Source of the DNA: Tepidamorphaceae bacterium
GTDB taxonomy: Bacteria > Pseudomonadota > Alphaproteobacteria > Rhizobiales > Tepidamorphaceae
NCBI GenBank assembly: GCA_028279445.1
Contig: JANQNT010000011.1
Location: 1,826 to 65,825, forward strand
Direction of reading: 5' to 3'
Length of the DNA: 64,000 nucleotides
Positions within the stretch are counted from its first letter, which is position 1. Each line of letters starts with the position of its first letter. Shown in pieces: positions 9,191-19,465 of the stretch. Both the position numbers and the translations under genes were made by a program. The notes under the pieces are model-generated. The model saw nothing but the letters and a program-made list of their open reading frames with translations, had not been told where the DNA came from and made no database searches.

Positions 9191-9421
9191 ATGTCAACGA
9201 CAGTCGTTGAAACCTGGACCGGGGCCGATCTGTCCCAACTCGGCCCGATCTATCCGATGGTCGGCACGGAGTTCGTGCTGTTCCTGATCGGCATCGCCTT
9301 CTGGCTCGGCTTTCACCTGCTGCAGGCGGGCATCGAGAAGCGCGAGATGCAAGCGGATGAAGACGCCGCGCGCTCGCCGGAACGCGTGCAGCGGGTGTTT
9401 CGAGAAGAAGCCGGCGACTGA
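9191..9421 (+). CDS. Small membrane protein coupled to the Amt gene (unknown function)
   Basis: 76 aa. GGGAGG RBS 12 nt after the Amt stop. One TM segment (FVLFLIGIAFWLGFHLL) and a charged tail. Followed by a terminator. Confidence 0.55.
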   Translation: MSTTVVETWTGADLSQLGPIYPMVGTEFVLFLIGIAFWLGFHLLQAGIEKREMQADEDAARSPERVQRVFREEAGD

Positions 9422-9456
9422 GGCCGGCCGTAGCAAAGGCAATAAAAACAGCATCG

Positions 9457-9488
9457 ACGCCGGCCTTCGGGCCGGCGTTTCTTTTTGT
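9457..9488 (+). terminator. Rho-independent terminator
   Basis: acgccggcc-ttcg-ggccggcgt followed by ttctttttgt. Confidence 0.8.
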
Positions 9489-9558
9489 GCTGACGCGGTC
9501 ACGCGGCCACACGCGATTGTCACTGCGCTCTGGTGCCCTGTTGCGCCATGCTGGCGGC

Positions 9559-10434
9559 ATGTCTCGTGGCCTGCTCCATCTGACGCTGATCGCCGTGCTG
9601 CTCGCCGCAGGTCCGCGCGCGGTTCTGGCCGAACCGGCGTTTGAACCTCCTGAGACCGTCACCATTCCCGCCGGCCCCTTCGTCAGCGGCTCCGACCGTG
9701 CCGAGCGCGAGCGCGCCTACACGCTCGACGAGGCCGCCTACGGCCATTCCGTCACCCGCCGCGACAAGTGGTATGAGAACGAGCTTGCGCGCGGCGAGCG
9801 GCGCACCGGCGCCTTCGCAATCATGCGCACGCCGGTCACCAATGCGGATTACGCCCGCTTCGTCGCCGAGACCGGCCACCGCGCCCCCACCGTCGACAAG
9901 GAGACGTGGGATGGCTATCGCCTTATCCATCCGTTCGAGCGCACCCAGAAGTTCCAATGGCTCGACGGCAAGCCGTTCGACGACGAGCCGCCTGCCGGGC
10001 GCGAGGGCCATCCGGTGGTGCTGGTCAGCCATGCGGATGCGCGCGCCTATGCCGCCTGGCTCAGCGACAAGACCGGCCGCAACTGGCGGCTGCCAACCGA
10101 GATCGAGTGGGAAAAGGCGATGCGCGGCATCGACGGGCGCGCCTTCCCTTGGGGCGACGACTGGGACCCGAGCCGCCTCAACAGCCACGACGCCGGCCCC
10201 TTCGACACGCTGCCCGTCGGCAGTTTTCCGCAAGGCGCCAGCCCCTATGGCGTGCTCGACGCGGTCGGCCAGGTGTTCGAGTGGGTGGCCGAGGGCCCGC
10301 GCGAGGACCGCCGCTACGTCAAGGGCGGTTCCTGGGACGACCGGGGCTGCGGTGTCTGCCGCCCGGCGGAGCGCCACTCACGCCCCGCTGACATCAAGCA
10401 CATCCTGATCGGATTTCGGCTGGTGATGGAGTAG
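9559..10434 (+). CDS. Formylglycine-generating-enzyme (SUMF1/EgtB/PvdO) family protein, secreted
   Basis: ATG 9559 gives signal-like MSRGLLHLTLIAVLLAAGPRAVLA. FGE-fold motifs TPVTNADYARFV, HPVVLVSHADARAYAAWL, RLPTEIEWEKA, GGSW, IGFRLV. Confidence 0.8.
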   Translation: MSRGLLHLTLIAVLLAAGPRAVLAEPAFEPPETVTIPAGPFVSGSDRAERERAYTLDEAAYGHSVTRRDKWYENELARGERRTGAFAIMRTPVTNADYARFVAETGHRAPTVDKETWDGYRLIHPFERTQKFQWLDGKPFDDEPPAGREGHPVVLVSHADARAYAAWLSDKTGRNWRLPTEIEWEKAMRGIDGRAFPWGDDWDPSRLNSHDAGPFDTLPVGSFPQGASPYGVLDAVGQVFEWVAEGPREDRRYVKGGSWDDRGCGVCRPAERHSRPADIKHILIGFRLVME

Positions 10435-10750
10435 GGGTGGGCGTTGCGGGGGGTTGGCCGCATCGAAGGTCAATCTGGCTGGCGCGCAGATCGGCGACGC
10501 GCATAGACGGACCGGTTATCAACGGTGTCGAGATTACACCGCTAGTGGAGCGTGCGCTGCGCGACCGGCAGGAAGAGGGCACGTGACGAGCTTCGGGAGA
10601 CCAAGCGTGGCGCAAGGTGCTGGAGGAGGCGGGGGAGATTTAGGGGGTGGGCGCGCGCCTATGGGCCTTCATAGAGGAAGTTGAAGAACTGGTTCGACCA
10701 ATTTATGCCCCAGGCCTTGCCAACGGAGCATTGCTCTTTGATGCTGAGAT

Positions 10751-11389
10751 ATGCATGAGAAATTTGTTTCGGTGCGCAACAAACTTATTGTTCTAGGCCT
10801 TGCTGCGCTCCTGGCCATGACGGCTGAATTGAAGGCCGAATCATGTGTGATGATTGCGGATGCGGACGGAATACCTACCCCTACGCTCTACTATGATGAT
10901 AGGCTGTTTACACTAGAACCGGCTTTTGAAGATTATCAATTTATGCTCGCCGATGCCTGCGATGCTTGGGGCTTAGATCTAAACGCAGGTTGCGACATCT
11001 TTCCAATGATGGGTGCTATTGATTGGAATGCGGTCGCGACAATCTGTGACGGTAACAAGGTTATCGTTTATGACCGTCGCCTTAGCCAGAATGTCGGTTA
11101 CGATGGCGCGCTAGCTGTGATCGCGCATGAACTCGGACACCACCTCTGTAAACACTTAGGCATAAAACCCGCCAATTATACCGAGAGCCATAAGCGCGAG
11201 CTCGAAGCCGACAGATTTGCTGGTGCTACCATGCGGCGAATTGGATTCACCAAGGAAACAGCGCTCAGCTATCTTCACCTTCTCGCGGAACTGCCGTCAG
11301 AGAGCCATCCCAGCCGGGCGGAAAGAAGGGCGGCTCTGCTCGCCGGCTGGAATGATCCGCAAACAGGGTTGGCATGTATCAACGAGTGA
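10751..11389 (+). CDS. Small secreted zinc metalloprotease-like protein (HExxH, M48-like motif order)
   Basis: 212 aa. Signal-like LIVLGLAALLAMTAELKA. HELGHH, then SHKRELEADRFAG, then ESHPSRAERRAAL. Confidence 0.6.
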   Translation: MHEKFVSVRNKLIVLGLAALLAMTAELKAESCVMIADADGIPTPTLYYDDRLFTLEPAFEDYQFMLADACDAWGLDLNAGCDIFPMMGAIDWNAVATICDGNKVIVYDRRLSQNVGYDGALAVIAHELGHHLCKHLGIKPANYTESHKRELEADRFAGATMRRIGFTKETALSYLHLLAELPSESHPSRAERRAALLAGWNDPQTGLACINE

Positions 11390-11450
11390 GTGTTGGAAGC
11401 GGCTGACCTGGCGATCTATTGAAGCGTGTGACAGTCGCTAGGATGCTACC

Positions 11451-12404
11451 GTGCCGCTCGATCACTATGTTTCTCAAGTTCACCTGAAGAAGTTCTGTTC
11501 CGAGGAATTGGGCGGCTTAATGCATGCCATCCGCAAGAGTGACCTCGCGCATTTTACGCCAAGAACTAGGGACGTATGTCGTATCGAAGAGGGTAACACT
11601 AACGAATATCTGACCGAACCTCGCGTCATCGAAGAATTTCTGAAGACCATCGAGGGTAGGTATAATGCCGCCATCTCGCTACTCGAGGAAGGTAAGCCCG
11701 ACCGGCAGGCCATCTATGTTATAGCTGGATTTGCAAGCTATGTGATGACCTGCTCTCCGGCGGCTATGCGAATAAACTCTGAGCCGTTGAAAGGCGCATT
11801 GGAGGCGGCTGCTCATGTCTTGGACATGAAAGGACTCATGCCACCGCCTCCGGAGGAGCTAGGCGGTAAGAACCTAACTGAGCTATTGGAAGGTGAGAAG
11901 ATCGCTTTCAATGTCGATCCCAAATACCCACAAGCGATAGGCATTGCCAACATTCTCCAGAGAGCGGCGCTTTTTGGAAATTGTCATTGGGAAATTCTAT
12001 TAAACAATCACAATGACTGTCAGTTCTTCACCAGTGATTATCCGGCGGGTATTGAGTCCACGCAGGACCCACGCGTCTTGAATCGGATTATTCCTTTGAC
12101 TCCGAGACTCGCTGTGCGGCTGCAACCGGACATCAACCGTCCTCCCGACACCGCTAGCTTTGATTTTGCTGATTTTTCGTTCGTGAAGTGTAAGCTTGCG
12201 CGGTGCGAAGCAGTTAACATAAACCGGATTCTTGTGCGAACAGCAGAAGACACTGTTTTCTTTCGGGATTATCAGTCTTGGGTGCCTCGGTTTGTTGACA
12301 GAAATCGCAATTTTCGTATTGAGACCGAAACCATCCAAATTCCACAGCCCGAAGGAATACTGACCTGGTCGAGGCAAGCGGTTGCTCCGTTCGAGCGTGG
12401 CTAA
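11451..12404 (+). CDS. DUF4238-type protein
   Basis: 317 aa, GTG start with AGGA 6 nt upstream. N-terminus DHYVSQVHLKKF matches the characteristic H-Y-V-P-Q-F-Y-L-K-x-F opening of DUF4238. Confidence 0.6.
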   Translation: MPLDHYVSQVHLKKFCSEELGGLMHAIRKSDLAHFTPRTRDVCRIEEGNTNEYLTEPRVIEEFLKTIEGRYNAAISLLEEGKPDRQAIYVIAGFASYVMTCSPAAMRINSEPLKGALEAAAHVLDMKGLMPPPPEELGGKNLTELLEGEKIAFNVDPKYPQAIGIANILQRAALFGNCHWEILLNNHNDCQFFTSDYPAGIESTQDPRVLNRIIPLTPRLAVRLQPDINRPPDTASFDFADFSFVKCKLARCEAVNINRILVRTAEDTVFFRDYQSWVPRFVDRNRNFRIETETIQIPQPEGILTWSRQAVAPFERG

Positions 12405-12536
12405 TGGGTCCGCTGGACGAAGGTAAACGTTTGTTCGGGCAAGTCCGTCTTATTCGTTTTGGGCATTGTCCGGCCCACGGCAGCGCAACGAGTTCGCCGT
12501 CTGACTTTGGCAAGCAAGCAACTAAGCTCTCCGGCC

Positions 12537-13565
12537 TCACACCGCCCAAATCTGATACGCCAGCCCGGAGGTGATCGCGCCGGTCAGTGCGAAGGCGACG
12601 TAGAGCGCGAAGACCTGTTTCTTGGCCAGCGCCCAGACCGCGATTGCCGCGGGGATCGAGGTGATGCCGCCGGCGATCAGGAAGGCCATCGCGGCACCCG
12701 GCGCCATGCCCTGGTCCATCAGCCCGCCGACCAGCGGCAGCGCCGCGTAGCCGTTGAGATAGGCCGGCACGCCGACGATGCTTGCCGAGAAGATCGTGCC
12801 GATGCCGCCTTCGCCGACGAAGCGCTGCACCGTCTCGGCGGGCACGAAGGCGATCATCACCGATTCCAGCAGGAAGGCGAGCATCAGCCACTTGGTGAGG
12901 AAGAGAAGCGTCGAGACGGCGGACGTCCTGAACGCGGCAACGCGGGCGTCGTCATGCCAGAAACGCCAGACGATCTCCTTTGCACTGCGCGCCGACGAGC
13001 CACCGCAGCCGCCGTCGCCGATGCCTTCGCGCAGCGGGTTCACCAGCGCGCCGGAGCGCGTCAGCGCGTATGTCGCGTAGCCGCCAGCGAGACCGACGCC
13101 GAGCGCGGCAAGTGTCTTGGCGATGGCGAAGTCGAGCCCGATGGTGCCCACGGTCAGCGCGAACATGCTCGGATCCATCAGCGGGGAGGCGAGCCAGAAG
13201 GCCATCACCGGCGCCAGCGGCACGCCCATGGCCAGCAACGCGGCGATGATCGGAATGACGCCGCAGGAGCAGAACGGCGACAGCGCGCCGAAGGCCGCCG
13301 CAACCGCGATCATGCGCACCTCCTGGCCGGAAAAGACGTGGGCGATCTGGCCGTCCGCGCCGGTCGCCTTGGCGAAGGCCGCAAGGCCGATGGAGGCGAT
13401 GAGGAAAGGCGACACCGCCAGCAGGTTCCACAGCGTGAAGCGGATGCTCTCGGGCAATTGCGCCGGGGCCAGGATCGCCAGCACGGCCAGCGTGACGAGA
13501 AATCCGGTGATTGCCGCGTCCGGTTTCGGCAGGCCGCGCTCGCGGATGGCTTCAACCAGCGACAT
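12537..13565 (-). CDS. Permease of the UPF0718/ArsP-like family
   Basis: 342 aa polytopic membrane protein. SPFCSCGVIP cysteine motif. Start overlaps the ArsR gene end by 14 nt. Confidence 0.75.
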   Translation of the reverse strand: MSLVEAIRERGLPKPDAAITGFLVTLAVLAILAPAQLPESIRFTLWNLLAVSPFLIASIGLAAFAKATGADGQIAHVFSGQEVRMIAVAAAFGALSPFCSCGVIPIIAALLAMGVPLAPVMAFWLASPLMDPSMFALTVGTIGLDFAIAKTLAALGVGLAGGYATYALTRSGALVNPLREGIGDGGCGGSSARSAKEIVWRFWHDDARVAAFRTSAVSTLLFLTKWLMLAFLLESVMIAFVPAETVQRFVGEGGIGTIFSASIVGVPAYLNGYAALPLVGGLMDQGMAPGAAMAFLIAGGITSIPAAIAVWALAKKQVFALYVAFALTGAITSGLAYQIWAV

Positions 13566-13881
13566 CGCGCAACTCCTCGGTCGTTCCGTCGGCCTCGGCG
13601 CAGCATTCGTCGGCGAGATAGCCGATAAGCTCGCGCATGGCCGGATAGCTGGCCCGGCAGATCAGGCTGGTGCCGGCGCGCTGCTGCGTCACAAGGCCTG
13701 CGATCATCAACCGGTGCAGGTGATGCGACAGGGTGGAGGCGGCGATCTCCAGGCGTTGCTGGATCTGCCCGACGGCAAGGCCCGGATCGCCGGCGCGTAC
13801 CAGCGCGCGGTAGACACGCAACCGCGTCGGATTGCCAAGTGCCTCAAGCCGCGCGGCGGCGGTTTCCAGTTCGGTGTCCAT
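13552..13881 (-). CDS. ArsR/SmtB family transcriptional regulator
   Basis: 109 aa. LGNPTRLRVYRAL...VGQIQQRLEIAASTLSHHLHRLMIAGLV winged-HTH. C-terminal ECC motif. Confidence 0.9.
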   Translation of the reverse strand: MDTELETAAARLEALGNPTRLRVYRALVRAGDPGLAVGQIQQRLEIAASTLSHHLHRLMIAGLVTQQRAGTSLICRASYPAMRELIGYLADECCAEADGTTEELRDVAG

Positions 13882-13916
13882 GCGCGGTGTATGTCACGGG
13901 TACAGGCGCAAGTCAA

Positions 13917-13936
13917 CGATATTTCTAGAATTATCG
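13917..13936. promoter_or_regulatory. Imperfect 20-bp palindrome upstream of arsR (candidate operator)
   Basis: cgatatttctagaattatcg: 18 of 20 positions self-complementary, core ttctagaa perfect. Lies 36 bp upstream of the arsR start codon. Confidence 0.4.
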
Positions 13937-14200
13937 AAATAATGAGATTGAGGTGTCTGTGATGCGCGGGTGGGCTGTGCGGTCGGTGTTCCGTGTCGGC
14001 GGGTGTGGAGGATCGGGCGCATATGCGTGACGTCCTTGCTGAGACACAGAGTCAGGCAGCTCAGGTGGCATGTGCGGTCAAGTTGCCGTCGCGATTCCGA
14101 AGTGCTTCAGCATGTGATTCAAGTGGCACGGAAAACATGAGTCGGTTGAGTGGTTTGGCGCGTGTTGCTGGGAAAACGATTCGCGCATGGACCGTGTGAA

Positions 14201-14716
14201 CTACGGTTCGCGTCTTGAATCGGATTCAAGTGGCGCGGCCTCGAAGCGCTGCTCGACGACACCACCCTGCCACTGGTCTTGCTCGGACTGGGAGACCAGC
14301 GCGAAGCCATGACGCTCGTAGAGTCGGCGGGCCGGATCGAGCCCGGCGAAGGTGGTCAGCCAGGCGCGTTCGATACGGTTGTCGCGGCACCAGTCCATGG
14401 CACGTCGCATGAGTTCTGCGCCAAGCCCCTTGCCGGCATGTGCCTCGTCGACGATGAACCAGCGCAGGTGCGCGTGGCGCTGTGTCGGCGGGTGGGCGTC
14501 CATGGTGATGGTGCCGGTCAGCGCGCCTGTGTCGTCGTGCACGGTGGCGAACATGGCCGACCGTGGATCGAAGCGGGTGTGGAACTCGCCCATATCACGC
14601 GCCAGCTTGGCCTCGAACGCGGCGCCGAAGTTCCAGTGTCTGGCGTAGTAGTCCATGTGCAGGGCGATCGTGTCGGCGATCAGGCCGGGACGGTAGGTGT
14701 TGGTTTCGCAACGCAT
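14201..14716 (-). CDS. GNAT family N-acetyltransferase
   Basis: 171 aa. RWFIVDEAHAGKGLGAELMRRAMDW (acetyl-CoA motif A), RRLYERHGF. Confidence 0.85.
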   Translation of the reverse strand: MRCETNTYRPGLIADTIALHMDYYARHWNFGAAFEAKLARDMGEFHTRFDPRSAMFATVHDDTGALTGTITMDAHPPTQRHAHLRWFIVDEAHAGKGLGAELMRRAMDWCRDNRIERAWLTTFAGLDPARRLYERHGFALVSQSEQDQWQGGVVEQRFEAAPLESDSRREP

Positions 14717-14734
14717 CGCTCGGGGGGCCTCACC

Positions 14735-15348
14735 CTAGGCTGCCGGCAATATCTCGTAGTGCGCCTCGACGGGCTTCTGGCTGTTGATGGCCAGGATGTC
14801 CTGCGGGCAGGCGGACATCACGGCGATGCAGTCGAGCTTCGCGCGCAAGGTCACATAGTCGCCGGGCTTGCACAGGCTCTCCACGAATTCCAGTGCGCCG
14901 TCCGGCTGCCAGGGGATGTTCATGAAGATGTTGATGGAACCGGGCGTGAACGGCACGCTCAGGCCCATTTCCAGCAGGGCGGCGTGGTGGTTGTCCTTGC
15001 AGTTGTCGTGATACTCGGTGCAGCCCAGCAGCCCAGCAGCCCGTAGCGCTCGTTGTCGCAGGGCGCCATCACCGTGTCGTGGCGGCCGGGCGAGGTGTCC
15101 TCCTCCAGTACCATCAGCGCGCGGCGGTGATTGGTGTAGAGCGGCTCACCGGGGATCGGGCACAGGTTCCTCCAGGTGGCGCGGCATTGCTCGACGCCGA
15201 TGTGCTCGCTCATGTGGCCGGCGACATAGGCCCAGAAGTCGACCACCTGGGTGCCATGGGTGTTGATGATGCGGATTGCTTCGCCCTGCTTGACGTGGGC
15301 GGCTTTGCCGCGCCGTGCCGGAATGGTGTGTCGTTCGCTGTCAGCCAT
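14735..15348 (-). pseudogene. DUF1989 (urea-carboxylase-associated family) gene split by an 8-bp tandem duplication
   Basis: ORFs 14959-15348 and 14735-14968 are two halves of one protein. The plus strand at 15021-15042 reads cagcccag cagcccag cagccc. Removing one 8-nt unit gives ...ERYGLLGCTEYHDNCKDNHHAALLEMGLSVPFTPGSINIFMNIPW...SACPQDI. Confidence 0.8.
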
Positions 15349-15377
15349 GTTCCCCTGCCGATCGGCTCTTGTGGTTG

Positions 15378-16019
15378 TCAGGCGTTGGCCATGACCGGGC
15401 GCTGGAAGGCGCGGCGGTCGGCTTCGCAAGCGTTTCGGATGTGACATCCTTCGATGTGGTCGTTGACCATCCCCATGGCCTGCATAAGGGCGTAGGCTGT
15501 GGTCGGGCCGACGAAGCGGAAGCCGCGCTTTTTCAGTGCCTTGGACATTGCCGCTGAAGCATCAGTCTTGGCGAGCTTCATCAGTGTCGCGTGGTCGAGC
15601 CGGCTGGGACGCGCGTCGGCGTGCGGCTCGAAGGACCACAGGAACGCGGCGAGCGAACCTGCTTCCCGGCGCAGTTCCTGTGCGCGCTGCGCATTGTTGA
15701 TCGCCGCCTCGATCTTGCCGCGGTGACGCACGATGCCGGCGTCCTGCAGCAGGCGCTCCACATCGGGCTCGGTGAAGGCCGCCACCGCATCGATGTCGAA
15801 GCCGGCGAAGGCCTTTCGAAAATTCTCCCGCTTGCGCAGGATCGTCAGCCAGGACAGCCCCGACTGAAACCCTTCCAGGCAGAGTTTCTCGAACAGCCGC
15901 GTGTCGTCTGCGACCGGGCGGCCCCACTCCACGTCATGGTAGTCGCAGTAATCGGCATCCTTGCCGGCCCAGAAGCAACGCTCAAGCCCGTCATCGCCGG
16001 TCACCAGGCCGTCAGCCAT
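15378..16019 (-). CDS. tag: DNA-3-methyladenine glycosylase I
   Basis: ATG 16019 (MADGLVTGDDGLERCFW). YHDVEWGRP, FEKLCLEGFQSGLSWLTILRKRE, VGPTTAYALMQAMGMVNDH. Confidence 0.9.
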   Translation of the reverse strand: MADGLVTGDDGLERCFWAGKDADYCDYHDVEWGRPVADDTRLFEKLCLEGFQSGLSWLTILRKRENFRKAFAGFDIDAVAAFTEPDVERLLQDAGIVRHRGKIEAAINNAQRAQELRREAGSLAAFLWSFEPHADARPSRLDHATLMKLAKTDASAAMSKALKKRGFRFVGPTTAYALMQAMGMVNDHIEGCHIRNACEADRRAFQRPVMANA

Positions 16020-16425
16020 CGGCCTTCTCCCGCGTGCTGCATTTGTCGAGTGGCCCCACCACGAAGGGAGGTGCCCCCAACTGCTCGACATCTCTCCACA
16101 CAAACGTCAGGTCATCGCCGCCACCGGTGAGTTCAAGCCAGTAGATGCGGTCGAAGCCATCCTCGCCGCAGCGCGCCGTGTAGCGACCGGTGATCGCCGT
16201 GGCCGGCGCGCCGGATGCGATGGGCGGTGTCAGCAGGCAGGACATGAACCCCTTCAACAGCCAGCCGTTGCGCAGCTCGTAGGGTGCGTCCTGCGGCGCC
16301 ACGACGCTGCCGGACTCGGGCCTGAGATTGCACTGCTCGGCGGTCCCCCAACGCCCCTCTGCCGCATATGCGCCGATGGGCAGGAGCGCGGCGAGCAACA
16401 CTGCGGACAGGCGGTGCGCGATCAC
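16012..16425 (-). CDS. Hypothetical secreted protein
   Basis: GTG 16425 overlaps the MOSC stop (GTGA). Signal-like VIAHRLSAVLLAALLPIGAYA. Protein-like composition, unlike the Arg-rich upstream part of track ORF 16012-17076. Its 3' end overlaps the tag start by 8 nt. Confidence 0.5.
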   Translation of the reverse strand: MIAHRLSAVLLAALLPIGAYAAEGRWGTAEQCNLRPESGSVVAPQDAPYELRNGWLLKGFMSCLLTPPIASGAPATAITGRYTARCGEDGFDRIYWLELTGGGDDLTFVWRDVEQLGAPPFVVGPLDKCSTREKADG

Positions 16426-17045
16426 CGATAGACCCAGTGTTCCGGCACGCGGATGCTGATCGCGGCGCCAGGTTCGATCCGCCCGGCCCGCTCGACCCAG
16501 CCGACCAGCCCGCGCAGGCGCTTGGCCACCTTGGGGAATTCGAACTGCAGGCCCTCCCTGTCGGGATAGCGCTTCTCGATCGCCTGGCCCGCATAGCGGC
16601 ACGGCGCGTTCTGGCCGTCGATCTTGATCGCGGTCCCGCCCTCGAACATGAACAGCGTGCCGGCCGGCAGCATGGAGAAACGGGTGATCCCGCTCACGGC
16701 CATGTTGGCGCCGATCCAGCGGGCGCTGAGCTTGTCGATCTCCATGCCGGCGGCAATGCGGCCGAGCTCGTCCGGACACACCATCGACACCTGTCGTTCG
16801 TTGCGCATCGCCGTGCCACGCTTGTGCCAGGGCTCGCGGGCACCGGCCTCGCGCTCGTAGCCGGCGTGCAGGTCTCCGGGAATGCCGGTGAAGTCGAGGT
16901 CGAGCGCATCCACGCTGGCGGTCTCGAAATCCTCTCCGCGGGCCATGTAGAGCGCTTCGACGCGGCCCTTGAGCATGCGTGCGGGAGAAATCTCTGCGTC
17001 GTCGTAGGTAAAGCCCGGGTCGAGGGGTGTTTCGGCGAAACTCAT
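16422..17045 (-). CDS. MOSC domain-containing protein
   Basis: 207 aa. Beta-barrel MOSC-like region with GANMAVSGI...GTLFMFEGGTAIKIDGQNAPCRYAG (conserved Cys). Confidence 0.75.
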   Translation of the reverse strand: MSFAETPLDPGFTYDDAEISPARMLKGRVEALYMARGEDFETASVDALDLDFTGIPGDLHAGYEREAGAREPWHKRGTAMRNERQVSMVCPDELGRIAAGMEIDKLSARWIGANMAVSGITRFSMLPAGTLFMFEGGTAIKIDGQNAPCRYAGQAIEKRYPDREGLQFEFPKVAKRLRGLVGWVERAGRIEPGAAISIRVPEHWVYR

Positions 17046-17081
17046 GGCGCGTCTCCTGCAAGGGATGCAGCGCCAATCAAT

Positions 17082-17333
17082 CTATGGTGCCGCGGTGCGC
17101 CCGTCGAGCCAGTCGCAGATGATTTGGGTCGCCCGCCGCGCCGGAGCCTGGGCGACCAGGGCCGCGAAGGTGGCGCAGGGGAACGCCACCGCCCAGGCCA
17201 GCATCCACGAGGTGAAGTAGTGGGCGACGAAACCGATGTTCATCGCGGTGATGATGGCCGACATGATGAAGCTCATGATCAGCGCCATGAAGGTGGGGAA
17301 GATGAAGCGGGCCTTGCCCGACAGTGCCGCCAT
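17082..17333 (-). CDS. DUF2798-type small membrane protein
   Basis: ATG 17333 (MAALSGKARFIFPTFMALIMSFIMSAIITAMNIGF...). Two to three TM segments. Confidence 0.6.
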   Translation of the reverse strand: MAALSGKARFIFPTFMALIMSFIMSAIITAMNIGFVAHYFTSWMLAWAVAFPCATFAALVAQAPARRATQIICDWLDGRTAAP

Positions 17334-17474
17334 GATGCGCAGTCCTTGCGGTCCTGATACTGAACCAAACTGTGAATTGACGCGCGTACACGTCGTGAAG
17401 AAAGTACGCCGCCTAGCCAAATACGGCCGGGCTTTCAAGTCCACCGCCGCTTCAATATATTCAGGAAATTATAT

Positions 17475-17804
17475 GTGATGAAAATGGCGGTTTGCGCAAC
17501 CCTTGCGGTTGCAGTGCTCCTCTGCGCTGCCGGCATGGTAGCGACCGGCGCTGCAGCTCAGGAAACGCGGGCTGCGCAGCCGAGCTCCGGGGACCCGCCG
17601 CGCCGCGGCAAGGACTTCTGCATCACCTGCTGGCAGGAGCGGCCCAAGGACGGAAAGGTCACCTGCTGGAACGTCAACGCGCCCAATCTGTTGATTGCCC
17701 GGCTGCGCGGCGACCTCATCTGCGCAGCCAATTTCATCAACCCCTACTACCTCTACCAACGCGGCAAGTGCGAGACGAAGACCTACTGCGGGGTTATCAA
17801 GTAG
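17475..17804 (+). CDS. Small secreted cysteine-rich protein (unknown function)
   Basis: 109 aa. Signal peptide MAVCATLAVAVLLCAAGMVATGAAA. Six Cys in the mature part. Converges on ettA with an 8-nt gap. Confidence 0.5.
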   Translation: MMKMAVCATLAVAVLLCAAGMVATGAAAQETRAAQPSSGDPPRRGKDFCITCWQERPKDGKVTCWNVNAPNLLIARLRGDLICAANFINPYYLYQRGKCETKTYCGVIK

Positions 17805-17812
17805 GGGTAGCT

Positions 17813-19465
<1,653 letters not shown>

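Larger units (their letters stand above)
10680..12440. other. Low-GC genomic islet 1
   Basis: 24 of 60 G+C in 10741-10800, versus 42 of 60 in 9601-9660. Contains two same-strand genes. No integrase or tRNA at the borders. Confidence 0.6.

Noticed and set aside
10435-10680. Protein-like short frames after the FGE-like gene (one ends ...IDGPVINGVEITPLVERALRDRQEEGT, another ...AWRKVLEEAGEI), possibly gene remnants at the islet border.
   Set aside because: No start codon or RBS, each under 60 aa, and no motif I can place. This cannot be supported without a database search.
14115-14239. Repeated gattcaagtggc(a/g)cgg at about 14115 and about 14222; the first resembles a sigma-54 -24 box (TGGCAC).
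   Set aside because: No TTGC -12 element at the right spacing. The second copy lies inside the 3' end of the GNAT gene. Probably coincidence.
16012-17076. The 354-aa ORF taken as one gene.
   Set aside because: Its first two thirds overlap the MOSC gene out of frame and are Arg-rich nonsense. Only the last 137 codons, from GTG 16425, look like a real secreted protein.
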